From NCBI GenBank assembly GCA_051000215.1, contig JBPCON010000033.1, positions 757 through 64,756 of the forward strand: a stretch of 64,000 bases of DNA, written 5' to 3'. Source of the DNA: Acidimicrobiales bacterium. GTDB taxonomy: Bacteria > Actinomycetota > Acidimicrobiia > Acidimicrobiales > JACDCH01. The notes below the pieces were generated by a model. It saw only the letters and a list, made by a program, of their open reading frames with translations, was not told where the DNA came from and searched no databases. Shown here one piece after another: positions 1 to 9,679 of the stretch. The stretch's first letter is position 1. Each line of letters opens with the position of its first letter. Position numbers and translations under genes: made by a program.

Positions 1-831
1 ATGGGCTCGAGCATGGGCCAAGGCGTCGGGAAGGCCGTCCCCAAGTCCTACTTCGGCCGCTACCAATGGACCTCGCAGTTCCAGGGCGCCGAGCTGATCG
101 CGCAGAAGTGGGGCCTCACGCGTGACGACCTCGACCGCTTCGGGCTCGACTCCCAAGAGCGGGCGGCCCGAGCATGGCGGGAGGGCGCGTTCGACACGCA
201 GATCGTCGAGCTCGATGCACCCGACCTCGGCGACGATGGCAAGCCCACCGGCTCGACCCATCACGTGGCGCGCGATGAGGGTTTGCGCGACACGACCCTC
301 GAGGGGCTCGGCGCGCTCAAGGCCGTCGTCGGGGAGAACGACCCGGTCGTCGGCGCGGCAGGCGGCTCGCACACAGCCGGCACGTCGTCGCAGATTTCCG
401 ACGGCGCCGGCGCGGTGTTGTTGATGTCGAGCGACAAGGCGTCCGCCCTCGGCCTGACGCCGAAGGCCCGCATCGTCGACACCTGCCTGGTCGGGTCCGA
501 TCCCGTCCTCATGCTCACGGGACCGATCGACGCGACCCAACGGCTCCTCGAGCGCACCGGCCTTTCGATCGACGACATGGACGTGACGGAGATCAACGAG
601 GCTTTCGCCTCGGTCGTGCTCGCGTGGGAGCGCGAGCTGAAGGCCGATCACGCCAAGGTCAACCCGAACGGCGGCGCGATCGCCCTCGGGCACCCGTTGG
701 GGGGCACCGGCGCGATCCTCACCACCAAGGCACTGCACGAGCTCGAGCGCACGGGCGGCCGCTACGGCCTCGTGACCATGTGCTGCGGCGGCGGCCTCGG
801 CACCGGCACAATCATCGAACGCCTGGCTTGA
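1..831 (+). CDS. acetyl-CoA C-acyltransferase (thiolase), 5' end outside window
   Basis: NEAF, GHPLG and CCGGG thiolase motifs; begins mid-protein at the window edge. Confidence 0.93.
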   Translation: MGSSMGQGVGKAVPKSYFGRYQWTSQFQGAELIAQKWGLTRDDLDRFGLDSQERAARAWREGAFDTQIVELDAPDLGDDGKPTGSTHHVARDEGLRDTTLEGLGALKAVVGENDPVVGAAGGSHTAGTSSQISDGAGAVLLMSSDKASALGLTPKARIVDTCLVGSDPVLMLTGPIDATQRLLERTGLSIDDMDVTEINEAFASVVLAWERELKADHAKVNPNGGAIALGHPLGGTGAILTTKALHELERTGGRYGLVTMCCGGGLGTGTIIERLA

Positions 832-835
832 GCCA

Positions 836-880
836 TCTCGAGGCAATAGGTGGCGCGTAGCGCCACCTATTGCCTCGAGA
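836..880. repeat. perfect 21-bp hairpin, REP-like element copy 1 (possibly also a terminator)
   Basis: tctcgaggcaataggtggcgc-gta-gcgccacctattgcctcgaga; near-identical inverted copy at 47447-47491. Confidence 0.85.
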
Positions 881-916
881 ACAAGCTGGGTCACGCCCCG
901 CTCGTACGGTCCCGGC

Positions 917-1465
917 GTGCGCAGGCTCGCCGTCGTCGTCCTCGTCGTCTTCTTCGGACTCGGGCTCGCGGCGTGCGGCGGGTCATCGACATCGGCATCG
1001 CTGCCTGCGGGGCAGGGCACGATCGTGCGGGTCGTCGACGGCGACACGGTCGTCGTCCACATCGGGGGCGTCGACGAAGACGTGCGCCTGATCGGCATCG
1101 ACACCCCGGAGACGAAGAAACCTGATCACCCGGTCGAGTGCTACGGCCTCGAGGCCTCGCATCGCGCTGCCGAACTGCTCGCACCGGGCACGGTCGTGCG
1201 CCTCGAACGCGACGCCGAGGCGCGCGACCGCTACGACCGGCTCCTCGCGTACCTCTACCGAGTCTCCGACGGGATGTTCATCGAGGATCAGATGCTGCGC
1301 GAGGGCTTGGCCGGCACGCTCGCCATTGCGCCCAACACGGCGCACGAGGCAGACCTCTCCTCCGCGGCTGCCGCTGCACGGCTCGCCGGCACCGGGCTGT
1401 GGACCGCGTGCGGGGGCAACCACGTGGTGCCGGGGGCTGTCGGTTCGCCGCCCAGCACCCGCTAG
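917..1465 (+). CDS. thermonuclease (SNase-like) family lipoprotein
   Basis: VVDGDT, VRLIGIDTPE and DRYDRLLAY motifs; lipobox LAAC; TACGGT 6 nt before GTG. Confidence 0.9.
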   Translation: MRRLAVVVLVVFFGLGLAACGGSSTSASLPAGQGTIVRVVDGDTVVVHIGGVDEDVRLIGIDTPETKKPDHPVECYGLEASHRAAELLAPGTVVRLERDAEARDRYDRLLAYLYRVSDGMFIEDQMLREGLAGTLAIAPNTAHEADLSSAAAAARLAGTGLWTACGGNHVVPGAVGSPPSTR

Positions 1466-1503
1466 TGCAGCACCTCCGAAACGAACCGCTAGCGTTCGCC
1501 GCC

Positions 1504-2352
1504 GTGACCGCGCTCGCCGAACGGCTCGGCTTCGGCCCCGCCGACCGGCTGCTCATCGTCAACTGCGATGACCTCGGCTCGAGCTACGCCGCCAACGTCG
1601 GCTGCTACGAGGCGTTGCGCGACGGCGTCGCCACAAGCGCAACGTTGATGGTGCCCGCCCCCTGGGCACGCGAGGCCGCGTCGCGCTACCGCGGCGAAGA
1701 CGTCGGTGTGCACCTGACCCTCAATGCCGAGTACGACCTCTACCGGTGGGGCCCGATCACCCACGCCCCATCGCTCCTCGACGGCGACGGCGGCTTTCCG
1801 CGGACCGTCGACGACATCTGGGACCATGCCGACCTCGACGAGGTTCGGCGCGAGCTGCGCGCCCAGGTCGAGCGCGCCGTGCTCTGGGGTTTCGACGTCA
1901 GCCACCTCGACAGCCACATGGGCGCGCTGCAGCTGCGCCCCGAGTTCTTCGACATCTACCTCGACCTCGCCATCGAGTTCGGTCTCCCGTTGCGTCTGAG
2001 CGGCGAATCGTCGCAGCGCGCAGCCGGCTTCCCCTTCCGTCGCCTCGCAGCCGAGCAGGGCGTGGTCTTCCCCGACAGCTTCGTCGTCACGCGCAGCGTT
2101 GGGAGCCGCTCGAGCATCGAGTCGGTCCTGGCCGACCTTCGCCCCGGGGTCACCGAGGTCTACCTGCACCCGGCCACCGACAACCCCGGCCTCCGCGCTT
2201 TCGCGCCCGACTGGCAAGCGCGCGTCGACGATCACGCGCTCCTCACTTCCGACCCATGGCTGCGCAGCGCGCTCGACGCAGCCGGCGTCATCCGCATCGG
2301 CTACAGGGCCCTGCGCGATCTGCAGCGCGCAGCCGCCCCCGTCGCGCTCTGA
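1504..2352 (+). CDS. YdjC/ChbG-family carbohydrate deacetylase
   Basis: IVNCDDLG, GVHLTL, HLDSHM and YLHP motifs; start moved to GTG 1504 after TAGCGT. Confidence 0.85.
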   Translation: MTALAERLGFGPADRLLIVNCDDLGSSYAANVGCYEALRDGVATSATLMVPAPWAREAASRYRGEDVGVHLTLNAEYDLYRWGPITHAPSLLDGDGGFPRTVDDIWDHADLDEVRRELRAQVERAVLWGFDVSHLDSHMGALQLRPEFFDIYLDLAIEFGLPLRLSGESSQRAAGFPFRRLAAEQGVVFPDSFVVTRSVGSRSSIESVLADLRPGVTEVYLHPATDNPGLRAFAPDWQARVDDHALLTSDPWLRSALDAAGVIRIGYRALRDLQRAAAPVAL

Positions 2353-2359
2353 GGCGAGT

Positions 2360-2743
2360 TCAGGCCTGCGTCTGCGCGGCAACGGCCGCTTCGAGCGCAC
2401 CCCACTCCGGGCTCTGCAGCACGGGGAGCAGCCGCAGGATCGGGCCGGTCGATGACGACTTGAGCTTTCCCTGCATGAGCGCAGTCTGCGAGTCGAGCTG
2501 ACCCGTGGCGAGCGCCGAAAGGATCGCTCCGGTCGCGAGCAGCTCGACGTCGACATCGCCTTCGCCGCCGAGCCCCGCCGAGGTGACTCGTCCGTCGAGG
2601 AACACGACCTCGTAACGCTGCTCGGCGCGCTTGGCCTCGCCGACCACGAGGCGGACGCGCCCCGATGCGCCGCGCCGCTCCGGCAGCGTCGCGGCCTCGG
2701 CGACGACGATCTCGAACCACTCGGGCGACAGGAGCTGCGCCAT
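2360..2743 (-). CDS. SCP2 sterol-binding domain protein
   Basis: MAQLLSPEWF...ALMQGKLK pattern; TGATG overlap with the mca stop. Confidence 0.7.
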   Translation of the reverse strand: MAQLLSPEWFEIVVAEAATLPERRGASGRVRLVVGEAKRAEQRYEVVFLDGRVTSAGLGGEGDVDVELLATGAILSALATGQLDSQTALMQGKLKSSSTGPILRLLPVLQSPEWGALEAAVAAQTQA

Positions 2744-3621
2744 CAACCTGCGCTCTCGGCGACGAGCTCGCGCACGCCGGCGAAGAGGTCGTCCTCGGGG
2801 GCCGGGGCGTCGACGAGGCTGCGAGCCAGCGTGTAGTCCTCCCACGGGTGCACCGTGGCCGCAACGTCGTCGGGCAGCGCGAACCAGAACTTGCCTTCCG
2901 GGTCGATCTGGGTCGCATGGGCCAGCAACGCGGCCTTGCGACGCCCGTAGAACGCCGATACCTCGATCCGCGTGGTGATCTTGTCGTCGTGTGACGGGCC
3001 CTCGAACCACTTCGCGTCGTAGGGCGACTCGAGCTCGAGCTCGAGCAGCTTCGCGTGCGTTGCTTCGATGCGGGCTCGAGACCAGGTCGTGTAATACAGC
3101 TTGAGGGGCTGCCATGGTGAGCCCAGGTCGAGGTAGCGGTCGGGGTCGGCTGCGGCATCGAAGGCGATGTCGGAGATCTCGTGCACCCGGAGGTGATCGG
3201 GGTGCGGGTAGCGGGTTTGCTCGTCGGGGTAGGTCACCACGACTTGGGGACGCTCGCGCCGGATGATCGCCACGAGCCGCCCAACGGCATCGTCGAGCGC
3301 GGCCCGGGCGAAACAACCTGGGTCGGCGTTCTCCGGCGAGTCGGGCATGCCCGAATCGCGGTAGCCGAGCCAGACCACCTCGTCGTAGCCGATGATGGCG
3401 GCGGCGCTGTCGAGCTCGCGTCGGCGAACAGCAGCGATGTCGGCTCGCACCTCGGGCCGGTCCATCGCGGGGTTGAGGATCGACCCAGCTTCGCCGCCCG
3501 TGCAGCAGACGAGTACGCAGCGCACACCGTCGTCGTGGTACTTAGCGACGGTTCCCGACCCCTTCGACGACTCGTCGTCGGGATGGGCGTGCACGGTGAG
3601 CAGGCGCAGGTCGGCGTCCAT
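2743..3621 (-). CDS. mca: mycothiol conjugate amidase
   Basis: HAHPDDESSKG, YPHPDH, WQPLKLYY and AHATQIDP motifs. Confidence 0.88.
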   Translation of the reverse strand: MDADLRLLTVHAHPDDESSKGSGTVAKYHDDGVRCVLVCCTGGEAGSILNPAMDRPEVRADIAAVRRRELDSAAAIIGYDEVVWLGYRDSGMPDSPENADPGCFARAALDDAVGRLVAIIRRERPQVVVTYPDEQTRYPHPDHLRVHEISDIAFDAAADPDRYLDLGSPWQPLKLYYTTWSRARIEATHAKLLELELESPYDAKWFEGPSHDDKITTRIEVSAFYGRRKAALLAHATQIDPEGKFWFALPDDVAATVHPWEDYTLARSLVDAPAPEDDLFAGVRELVAESAG

Positions 3622-3642
3622 CGAGACAACGGTACCGGCGGG

Positions 3643-3954
3643 CTACTCGTTCGGGTTGCGGTCGGTTGGCAAGTGCCCGCCGCGGGCGTACCAGACACCG
3701 ACGAGCGCGCCGAGCAGAACCCCGACGACGAGCCCGGCCGGGAGAGCGATGCGCACCAGCGCGTGGCGGAAGAACGGACGATCGAGCCCGTGGGGGTCGG
3801 ACTGTGCGAGCGCGTAGAGGGGGATGGCGATGATGGCGTAGACGACACCGATCACCGACAGCCCGATGGCAGCGCCCACCGCGGCCGCGAGCGCAAGCGA
3901 ACGCACAACAGGTACGGGTTGCTTCGCGCGGTCCTCGGCTTCGATCTCGTCCAC
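3643..3954 (-). CDS. small membrane protein (2 TM)
   Basis: two hydrophobic segments in the C-terminal part of ORF 3643..4590; TACGAT upstream of GTG. Confidence 0.65.
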   Translation of the reverse strand: MDEIEAEDRAKQPVPVVRSLALAAAVGAAIGLSVIGVVYAIIAIPLYALAQSDPHGLDRPFFRHALVRIALPAGLVVGVLLGALVGVWYARGGHLPTDRNPNE

Positions 3955-3999
3955 CGCAGTCGATCGTAGCGACGCGCCGCTCACCACTACCCTCGCTCG

Positions 4000-4710
4000 G
4001 TGCCCAAGGACCTGCGCGGCTTCGCTCGGCGCGCCGGGCTCACGCTCCTCGCCTCGCTGCTCGCCGCCTGCTCGAGCACGACCACCCGGGCTGACCAGGG
4101 CAAGGCGATCGCCAGCAGCGCCGGGCTCGGAGCCGACGTCGCAGATCTCCTCGCGCTGGCGATCTCGGGAAGCGACGGCACCTTCGTCGTCACCTACAAG
4201 ACCACCGCCACGGACGGCACCGACCAGCAAGTCACGATCACCCAGAGCCCACCGAACCGGCGCGTCGACGTCTACCTCGCCAGCGGCACCCTGGAGTCGA
4301 CGATCCGCGCGGGCGACGTCAGCTACCAGTGCACCAAGACCGAAGCGTGGACCTGCGCCGCACTGGGGGCGCAAGGACCGGGCGGAGAAGACCGCGTGCT
4401 CGACCCCAAGACCGTGACCGCAGCGATCGAGCAGCTCACCCGACGTGTCGACGACTACGACTTTCGCGTCGAGGACCGCCAACTGCTCGGCGTCACCGCC
4501 CGCTGCCTCGTGACGACGCTGAAGCCCGGGCGGTCCGACCCGTCGCTCGGCAGCGCAGCGACGCTGTGTCTCGCGCCGTCGGGCGCGCAACTGCTCGTCG
4601 ACGTGCCGCGCGGCAAGCTCGAGGCGAGCGCGTACCGCGCCGACGTCGCCACCGACGCGTTCAGCCTCCCGGCGCAGCCAACGAGCTCCTCATCGTCGGC
4701 GTCGTCCTGA
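4000..4710 (+). CDS. hypothetical lipoprotein
   Basis: lipobox LLAAC, further cysteines, TACCCT 6 nt before GTG. Confidence 0.7.
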   Translation: MPKDLRGFARRAGLTLLASLLAACSSTTTRADQGKAIASSAGLGADVADLLALAISGSDGTFVVTYKTTATDGTDQQVTITQSPPNRRVDVYLASGTLESTIRAGDVSYQCTKTEAWTCAALGAQGPGGEDRVLDPKTVTAAIEQLTRRVDDYDFRVEDRQLLGVTARCLVTTLKPGRSDPSLGSAATLCLAPSGAQLLVDVPRGKLEASAYRADVATDAFSLPAQPTSSSSSASS

Positions 4711-4725
4711 CCGTCGCGACCGCGG

Positions 4726-5955
4726 TCAGGCGGGCTGGAGTGGCCGAAGCTCCTGTTCGCCGGTGTCCTCGTCCTCGACGAGGTACCACCCGCAAAGCTC
4801 CGCGAGCTCGACATGGCCTTCGTCGGGCCCGGACGCGATCAGCTCGTCGCCCGGCTCGAGGACGACGTGGCCGCGGGGGCGATACAGGTAGCGGTCGTCG
4901 CGTCGCACTGCGAGCACGTGGAACCCGGGTTCGACGTCGAGACGCAACTCGCCGAGCGCCTTGCCGTCCGCGCGCGACCCGGACGCGACGGGCACCCGCA
5001 CCACGACCTCGTCGGAGTCGCCGAGTGCGAGCGCGAGGATCGGGTGCAGCTCCTCTTTCTGCTCGATGAGCCAGACCATGGCTTGGGCCTGATCACCAAG
5101 ATCCTCAGCTGCTTGGGAGAGATGCAGGAGGCCGCGTAGAGGCGCAGGGTCGAGGTTGTCCGCAGCAGCTCGCAAGACCCACAGCTCGAGGCGGTCCTTC
5201 ATCTCATCGAGGCGGTCCTCGAGGTGGCGGACCTCGGCGGCAAGCCCCTGATCGCGCAACACGAGGGCGGAGTAAGCGAGGCCGATCGCGGCCTCGGAGA
5301 TGTTCTTCATCTCCACGAGCACGTCGACGGCCCGGTCGAGGTCGGTCAGCGTGCCGTCCTCCGGCGGTGTCGGCGGCTCCCACCGGGGCGCGGCCGCCAA
5401 CTCGCGGAGCCGGTCGATGCCGGCCGGTGACCCCCTGAGGAACAGCACGTCGCCGGGGACGCACAGCTGATCGCCGTCGACGTCGGTGATCCAGTCGCGA
5501 TCTCGACGAACCGCGACGACCCGCATGCCCGTCTGCACCGGCAGCTCGAGCGCGGAGAGCGGGCGCCGTGCGAGGTGCGACTGCTCGCGCACGCGGACCC
5601 GATGCGAGACCTCCTCTGCGTTGGAGAGGTCGGCGACCAGCTCGCGCGGGATGCCGAGGCGGTGCGTGACGATGCGGGCGATGTCGACGGCGTCGTTGCC
5701 GATGTTCTCGATCGCAGAGATGACCTGAAGCACCGAGGCCATCTCCTCGGCCTCTCGCAGGCTCCGGGCTGCCATGACCGAGATGGCCCGCATGTCGTGG
5801 ACCAGCTCCGACATCTTCTCCTCGAGCTCCCCGACCTCCTCGGCCATGTCGGCATCGCCGAAGTAGAGGGCGGCGTAGGCCAGGTCGACCATCAGCTCGG
5901 AGGTGTCCTTCGCCTCCGAGAGCATCGCCTTGAGGTTGCGGGGTCTGTCATCCAT
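4726..5955 (-). CDS. tandem (PhoU-like + TrkA-C/RCK_C) x2 regulatory protein
   Basis: two repeats (KDTSELMVDLAYAAL / KNISEAAIGLAYSAL), each followed by an RCK_C-like segment (VAVRR..PGD). Confidence 0.8.
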   Translation of the reverse strand: MDDRPRNLKAMLSEAKDTSELMVDLAYAALYFGDADMAEEVGELEEKMSELVHDMRAISVMAARSLREAEEMASVLQVISAIENIGNDAVDIARIVTHRLGIPRELVADLSNAEEVSHRVRVREQSHLARRPLSALELPVQTGMRVVAVRRDRDWITDVDGDQLCVPGDVLFLRGSPAGIDRLRELAAAPRWEPPTPPEDGTLTDLDRAVDVLVEMKNISEAAIGLAYSALVLRDQGLAAEVRHLEDRLDEMKDRLELWVLRAAADNLDPAPLRGLLHLSQAAEDLGDQAQAMVWLIEQKEELHPILALALGDSDEVVVRVPVASGSRADGKALGELRLDVEPGFHVLAVRRDDRYLYRPRGHVVLEPGDELIASGPDEGHVELAELCGWYLVEDEDTGEQELRPLQPA

Positions 5956-5976
5956 GGGGTGAGCGTGCTCAGTCTG

Positions 5977-7212
5977 TCACGCGATGCCGAGGACCACGAT
6001 GGCGATGATCAGCGACACTGCCCCGAGCAGGTCGAGCGACGAGGTCACGAGCGGGATGCCGTGGTTGTCGGGGTCGAGTCCGAGCCGGAACGTCATCACC
6101 GCGGCGAGGGCCGCCACGACGACTGCACACGTGGTCGCGAACAAGCCCGCGAGCAGCGACAGCTGCATGACGCTCAGCACCCCCGGGCTCGCGAGGCCGA
6201 AAGCGGCCGAGACGACGTTCGAGGACAGACCGAGCAACGTGAAGACGGAGATGGCGAAGAGGTAGGTGAGGATGATGTCGTCGACGACGAGGCGAATCTG
6301 CGACAGGCGGGGCTCGAGGGTGCCGAGGTGCAGCCGCGTCGACAGTCGCGCTGCGAGGATTCCGCCGAGGGCACCGGAGTCCTCGAGGAACGGGGGCACG
6401 AGGACGAGCAGCGCGGGGAACGCCACGAAGGACTCGAGACGCTTCTCGATCGTGACGCCCGCCACGACGTCGATGACGCCGGCGATGAGCAGGATGGGAA
6501 GCGACTCGCGCGCGATGCGCCGCAACACCGGCAGCTTGGCGTGCAGGCACACCGCGGCGCTGACCAACCCGACAGCGACGCAGAGGGCCGCGCCGATGGG
6601 CGTGACCCAGCGGATGCCGACGAACGCGGTCCCGATGAACAACGCGGGAAGCGTCACCATGTCGCCAGCGGCGGTCACGATCGGGGCTGCGACGTTGTCG
6701 AGGTCCCATCCCCGGCGCGCGCTCAGCGATGAGACGCCAACGGTTATGCCCAGCACGACAGCCGACGACAGCACCCCGCCGATCATCGAGACCACGAGGA
6801 GGTCGGCCAGGCTTATCGCGTTCGGGACGGCGACGATCACGATCAACGCCTTGGCCAGCACCGCAAGTGCAGCCGAGAGGCTGAGGCTGAGAAGGAGCGC
6901 TGCTGCGATGTTCTGCCCCACAGGTGTGTCGGCGCGCCGTGAGAGGCGGTAGTCACCTGTGTGGATGAGCGTGCCGAGCCGGCTGCCGAGCGCGCCGAAG
7001 ATGTTGCCGCGCATGCCGATCGCGGCAGGCACGAGCACGAGGAGGCCGGGCAGGCGGTCGAGGGTTCCGGTGATCGAACCGAGCGTTAGCCCAGCAGCGA
7101 GGTCACCAACGGAGCTGAGACCGAGCGCGCCGAAGCCCTGCAGGAGCGCGGCCCGCTCGTCGCGCACGACGCGCCGCAAGCGGGCAACGGGAGAGATCGC
7201 GATAGTGGGCAC
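5977..7212 (-). CDS. MgtE/SLC41-type divalent cation transporter, two fused membrane domains
   Basis: GMRGNIFG, DNVAAPIVTAAGD and GLDPDNHGIPLVTSSLD motifs; no CBS domains. Confidence 0.85.
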   Translation of the reverse strand: MPTIAISPVARLRRVVRDERAALLQGFGALGLSSVGDLAAGLTLGSITGTLDRLPGLLVLVPAAIGMRGNIFGALGSRLGTLIHTGDYRLSRRADTPVGQNIAAALLLSLSLSAALAVLAKALIVIVAVPNAISLADLLVVSMIGGVLSSAVVLGITVGVSSLSARRGWDLDNVAAPIVTAAGDMVTLPALFIGTAFVGIRWVTPIGAALCVAVGLVSAAVCLHAKLPVLRRIARESLPILLIAGVIDVVAGVTIEKRLESFVAFPALLVLVPPFLEDSGALGGILAARLSTRLHLGTLEPRLSQIRLVVDDIILTYLFAISVFTLLGLSSNVVSAAFGLASPGVLSVMQLSLLAGLFATTCAVVVAALAAVMTFRLGLDPDNHGIPLVTSSLDLLGAVSLIIAIVVLGIA

Positions 7213-7293
7213 TCGGGGGCTCCCCCATCGTGATCACCTCCAGCTTGGGAGCTGCGGACAGAGCCGGTGCAACCTACTGCACGACCCGCGGGC

Positions 7294-8922
7294 ATGCTGA
7301 TGGATGTGACGGCCATCGAAGCGCTCGTCGAGGAGTACCTCGCCTGGATCCTCGAACAAGACCCGACCCGGGCCTCCTTCCACGGCGCAGAGGGCTTCGA
7401 CGATCTCCTCCCGGATCTCTCGGCCGCCGGCTTCGCGGCCAGATTCGTGGCAGAGGACGACTTCGCAGCGCGGTTCGGGGCGCTCGACGATGCCGGGCTC
7501 AACGCGGAGCAACGTATCGATCGCGATCTCGTCGTGAGCAACCTGCGAGGTGCGCAGATCATGCGCGACTTCGAAGGCTGGCGCCGCAACCCCGACACAT
7601 ATCTGACCCCGGCACTGATGGGCACCTTCGCTCTTTTCGCCCGGAGGTTGCGCCCCGAGGCCGAGCTGGCCGCGAGCGCAGTGCGCCGGCTCGAGCAGAT
7701 CCCCGTCCTCGTCGTTGATGCCCAGGCCAACCTCGACCCGGCCATAGCGAGCCCTCGGATGATCACCCGGGCGCTCGGGCAATGCCGGGCGGCCGTCACC
7801 TGGTGCCGCGACCTCCTCCCCGCTGAGGTGACCGACGAGGGGGCTCGGCGTTCCGTGGCCGAGGCCGGCGACGCGGCTGCCAGCTCGCTCGAGACCTTCG
7901 CCACCTTCCTCGCCGACCTCGCTGAGCACGCTCGCGGCGATTGGGCGATCGGCGAAGCGCGGTATTCGGCGCTGCTGCGCGAGCGCGAGCTGCTCGATGC
8001 TGATGCCGCCTCGCTCCAAGCGCGCGGCGCAGCAGCGCACGCTGAGCTCGACGCGGAGCTGCGCGCGTTGTGCGAGCGTGAGTTCGCCTCACCGGACTGG
8101 CGTCACGTGCTCGAGTTGGTCAACGCCGATCGGCCGGCCACCCCCGAGGAGATGCTCGTCGGCTACACCGAGGCCACGGCGCGGTGCCGGGCCTTTCTCG
8201 TCGAGCACGATCTCGTGTCGTTCCCCGATGGCGAGTCGTGCACCGTCGAGCCGTCGCCTCCTTTCCAGCGGCCGGTGCTGGCCGTGGCGTCCTACTTCCA
8301 GCCACCCGCGTTGCGTCAGGTGCTCACCGGGCGTTTCAACGTGCCGTTCCCGCCGGTGGGGGTGACGGCCGACGAGTTGGCGGAGCGTCTCGCCGACAAC
8401 AGCCACCCCAGCATGGCGACAACCTCTGCGCACGAGGCCTACCCAGGGCACCACTGGCACTTCGCTCGCCTCCAGGTCGCTGCCTCACCGCTACGGCGGC
8501 TCGTGACCAGCACGTACTTCGTGGAGGGCTGGGCCCTCTACACCGAGCGAATGATGCACGAGCACGGCTTCTTCAGCACCCCCGCCGAGGTGGTGTGTCA
8601 CCTCGACGCACGCAACTTCCGAGCGGCTCGGATCGTGGTCGACACCGGTCTGCACTGCGGGGAGATCGACTTCGACGAAGCTGTCGAGCACATGACCACC
8701 AAGACAGGCCTGACCCCAGCCACGGCTCGCCAGGAGGTGACCCGCTACTGCGCGTGGCCAACCCAGGCTTCGTCGTACCTCACCGGCTCACTCGAGATCG
8801 AGTCGATCAGGGAGGAGTGGTTCGACTCGAGCCTGGGCTCGTTGCGCGAGTTCCACGACCGGATCGCCGGAACCGGCGCGCTTCCCCTCGGGCTCGCCCG
8901 ACGCGCGACCCTCGAGGCGTGA
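7294..8922 (+). CDS. DUF885 family protein (metallopeptidase-like)
   Basis: HEAYPGHH, EGWALYTE and RIVVDTGLH motifs; exact start uncertain. Confidence 0.88.
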   Translation: MLMDVTAIEALVEEYLAWILEQDPTRASFHGAEGFDDLLPDLSAAGFAARFVAEDDFAARFGALDDAGLNAEQRIDRDLVVSNLRGAQIMRDFEGWRRNPDTYLTPALMGTFALFARRLRPEAELAASAVRRLEQIPVLVVDAQANLDPAIASPRMITRALGQCRAAVTWCRDLLPAEVTDEGARRSVAEAGDAAASSLETFATFLADLAEHARGDWAIGEARYSALLRERELLDADAASLQARGAAAHAELDAELRALCEREFASPDWRHVLELVNADRPATPEEMLVGYTEATARCRAFLVEHDLVSFPDGESCTVEPSPPFQRPVLAVASYFQPPALRQVLTGRFNVPFPPVGVTADELAERLADNSHPSMATTSAHEAYPGHHWHFARLQVAASPLRRLVTSTYFVEGWALYTERMMHEHGFFSTPAEVVCHLDARNFRAARIVVDTGLHCGEIDFDEAVEHMTTKTGLTPATARQEVTRYCAWPTQASSYLTGSLEIESIREEWFDSSLGSLREFHDRIAGTGALPLGLARRATLEA

Positions 8923-9557
8923 GACGCCGATCCTCGCTCGTCGCGCTCTGCGCGCTCGGCGCGCTCGTTCTCCTCGCATGTTCGAGCGATGGCCGCGCGT
9001 TGCGCGCCCCGCCGCCGGGCGCGACGGTTCGCCCCAGTCCCAGCACGACGGTCGCTGCGATCGGGAACGGCTCGAACGATGGCGCGGTGATCGCGACGGC
9101 GACACCCGAGCCGGTGCTGGCGAGCCCAGCCTTCGTCGACCGCGATCCGATCCCGACCGTGTTCACGTGCGATGCCCCAGGAGCGGCCTCGCCACCGCTC
9201 GCGTGGACCGCTCTGCCGCCCGGCACCGTTGAGGTCGCCATCAGCCTTGTCGACCCGGACGCTGGAGGGAGGGTGCACTGGGTCGTCGCTGGGATCGACC
9301 CTTCGGTGCGCTCGCTCGAGCAGGGCAAGGTGCCCGATGGCGCCGTGCAGCTTCGAAACGGCGCAGGGTCGACCGGCTTCGAGCCGCCCTGTCCGCCGAC
9401 GGGTGCTGCGCCGCATCGTTACGTGTTCACCCTCTACGCGCTCGGCCAGCCAAGCGGGCTCACCGAGTCCGCACCGACGAGCGACGCGCTCATCATGCTC
9501 TCCGATGGAGCGCTCGGCAGCGCCATGCTCGTCGGCACGTTCCAACGCAGCGGCTGA
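8919..9557 (+). CDS. YbhB/YbcL (PEBP) family lipoprotein
   Basis: DPDA, HWVV, PPCPP and HRYVFTLYAL motifs; GTGA overlap; lipobox LLAC. Confidence 0.85.
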   Translation: MRRRSSLVALCALGALVLLACSSDGRALRAPPPGATVRPSPSTTVAAIGNGSNDGAVIATATPEPVLASPAFVDRDPIPTVFTCDAPGAASPPLAWTALPPGTVEVAISLVDPDAGGRVHWVVAGIDPSVRSLEQGKVPDGAVQLRNGAGSTGFEPPCPPTGAAPHRYVFTLYALGQPSGLTESAPTSDALIMLSDGALGSAMLVGTFQRSG

Positions 9558-9573
9558 TCCCGTCAGAGGCCGA

Positions 9574-9671
9574 GCGGATAGGCGAGGCCGGGGCCCGAAC
9601 GGCCCGCCGGCGAAGCCGGCAAGAGTCGACGAACCGGCTTGACTTTGAGCGGGGGACGCCCACCTATCCGC
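9574..9671. other. multi-branched intergenic stem-loop (structured element or terminator)
   Basis: outer stem gcggatagg/cctatccgc enclosing three hairpins, between convergent genes. Confidence 0.5.
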
Positions 9672-9679
9672 GCGGGTCC

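Noticed and set aside
9574-9671. tRNA or SRP RNA
   Set aside because: No TTCRA T-loop, anticodon arm geometry, CCA end or SRP GGAA-loop motif.
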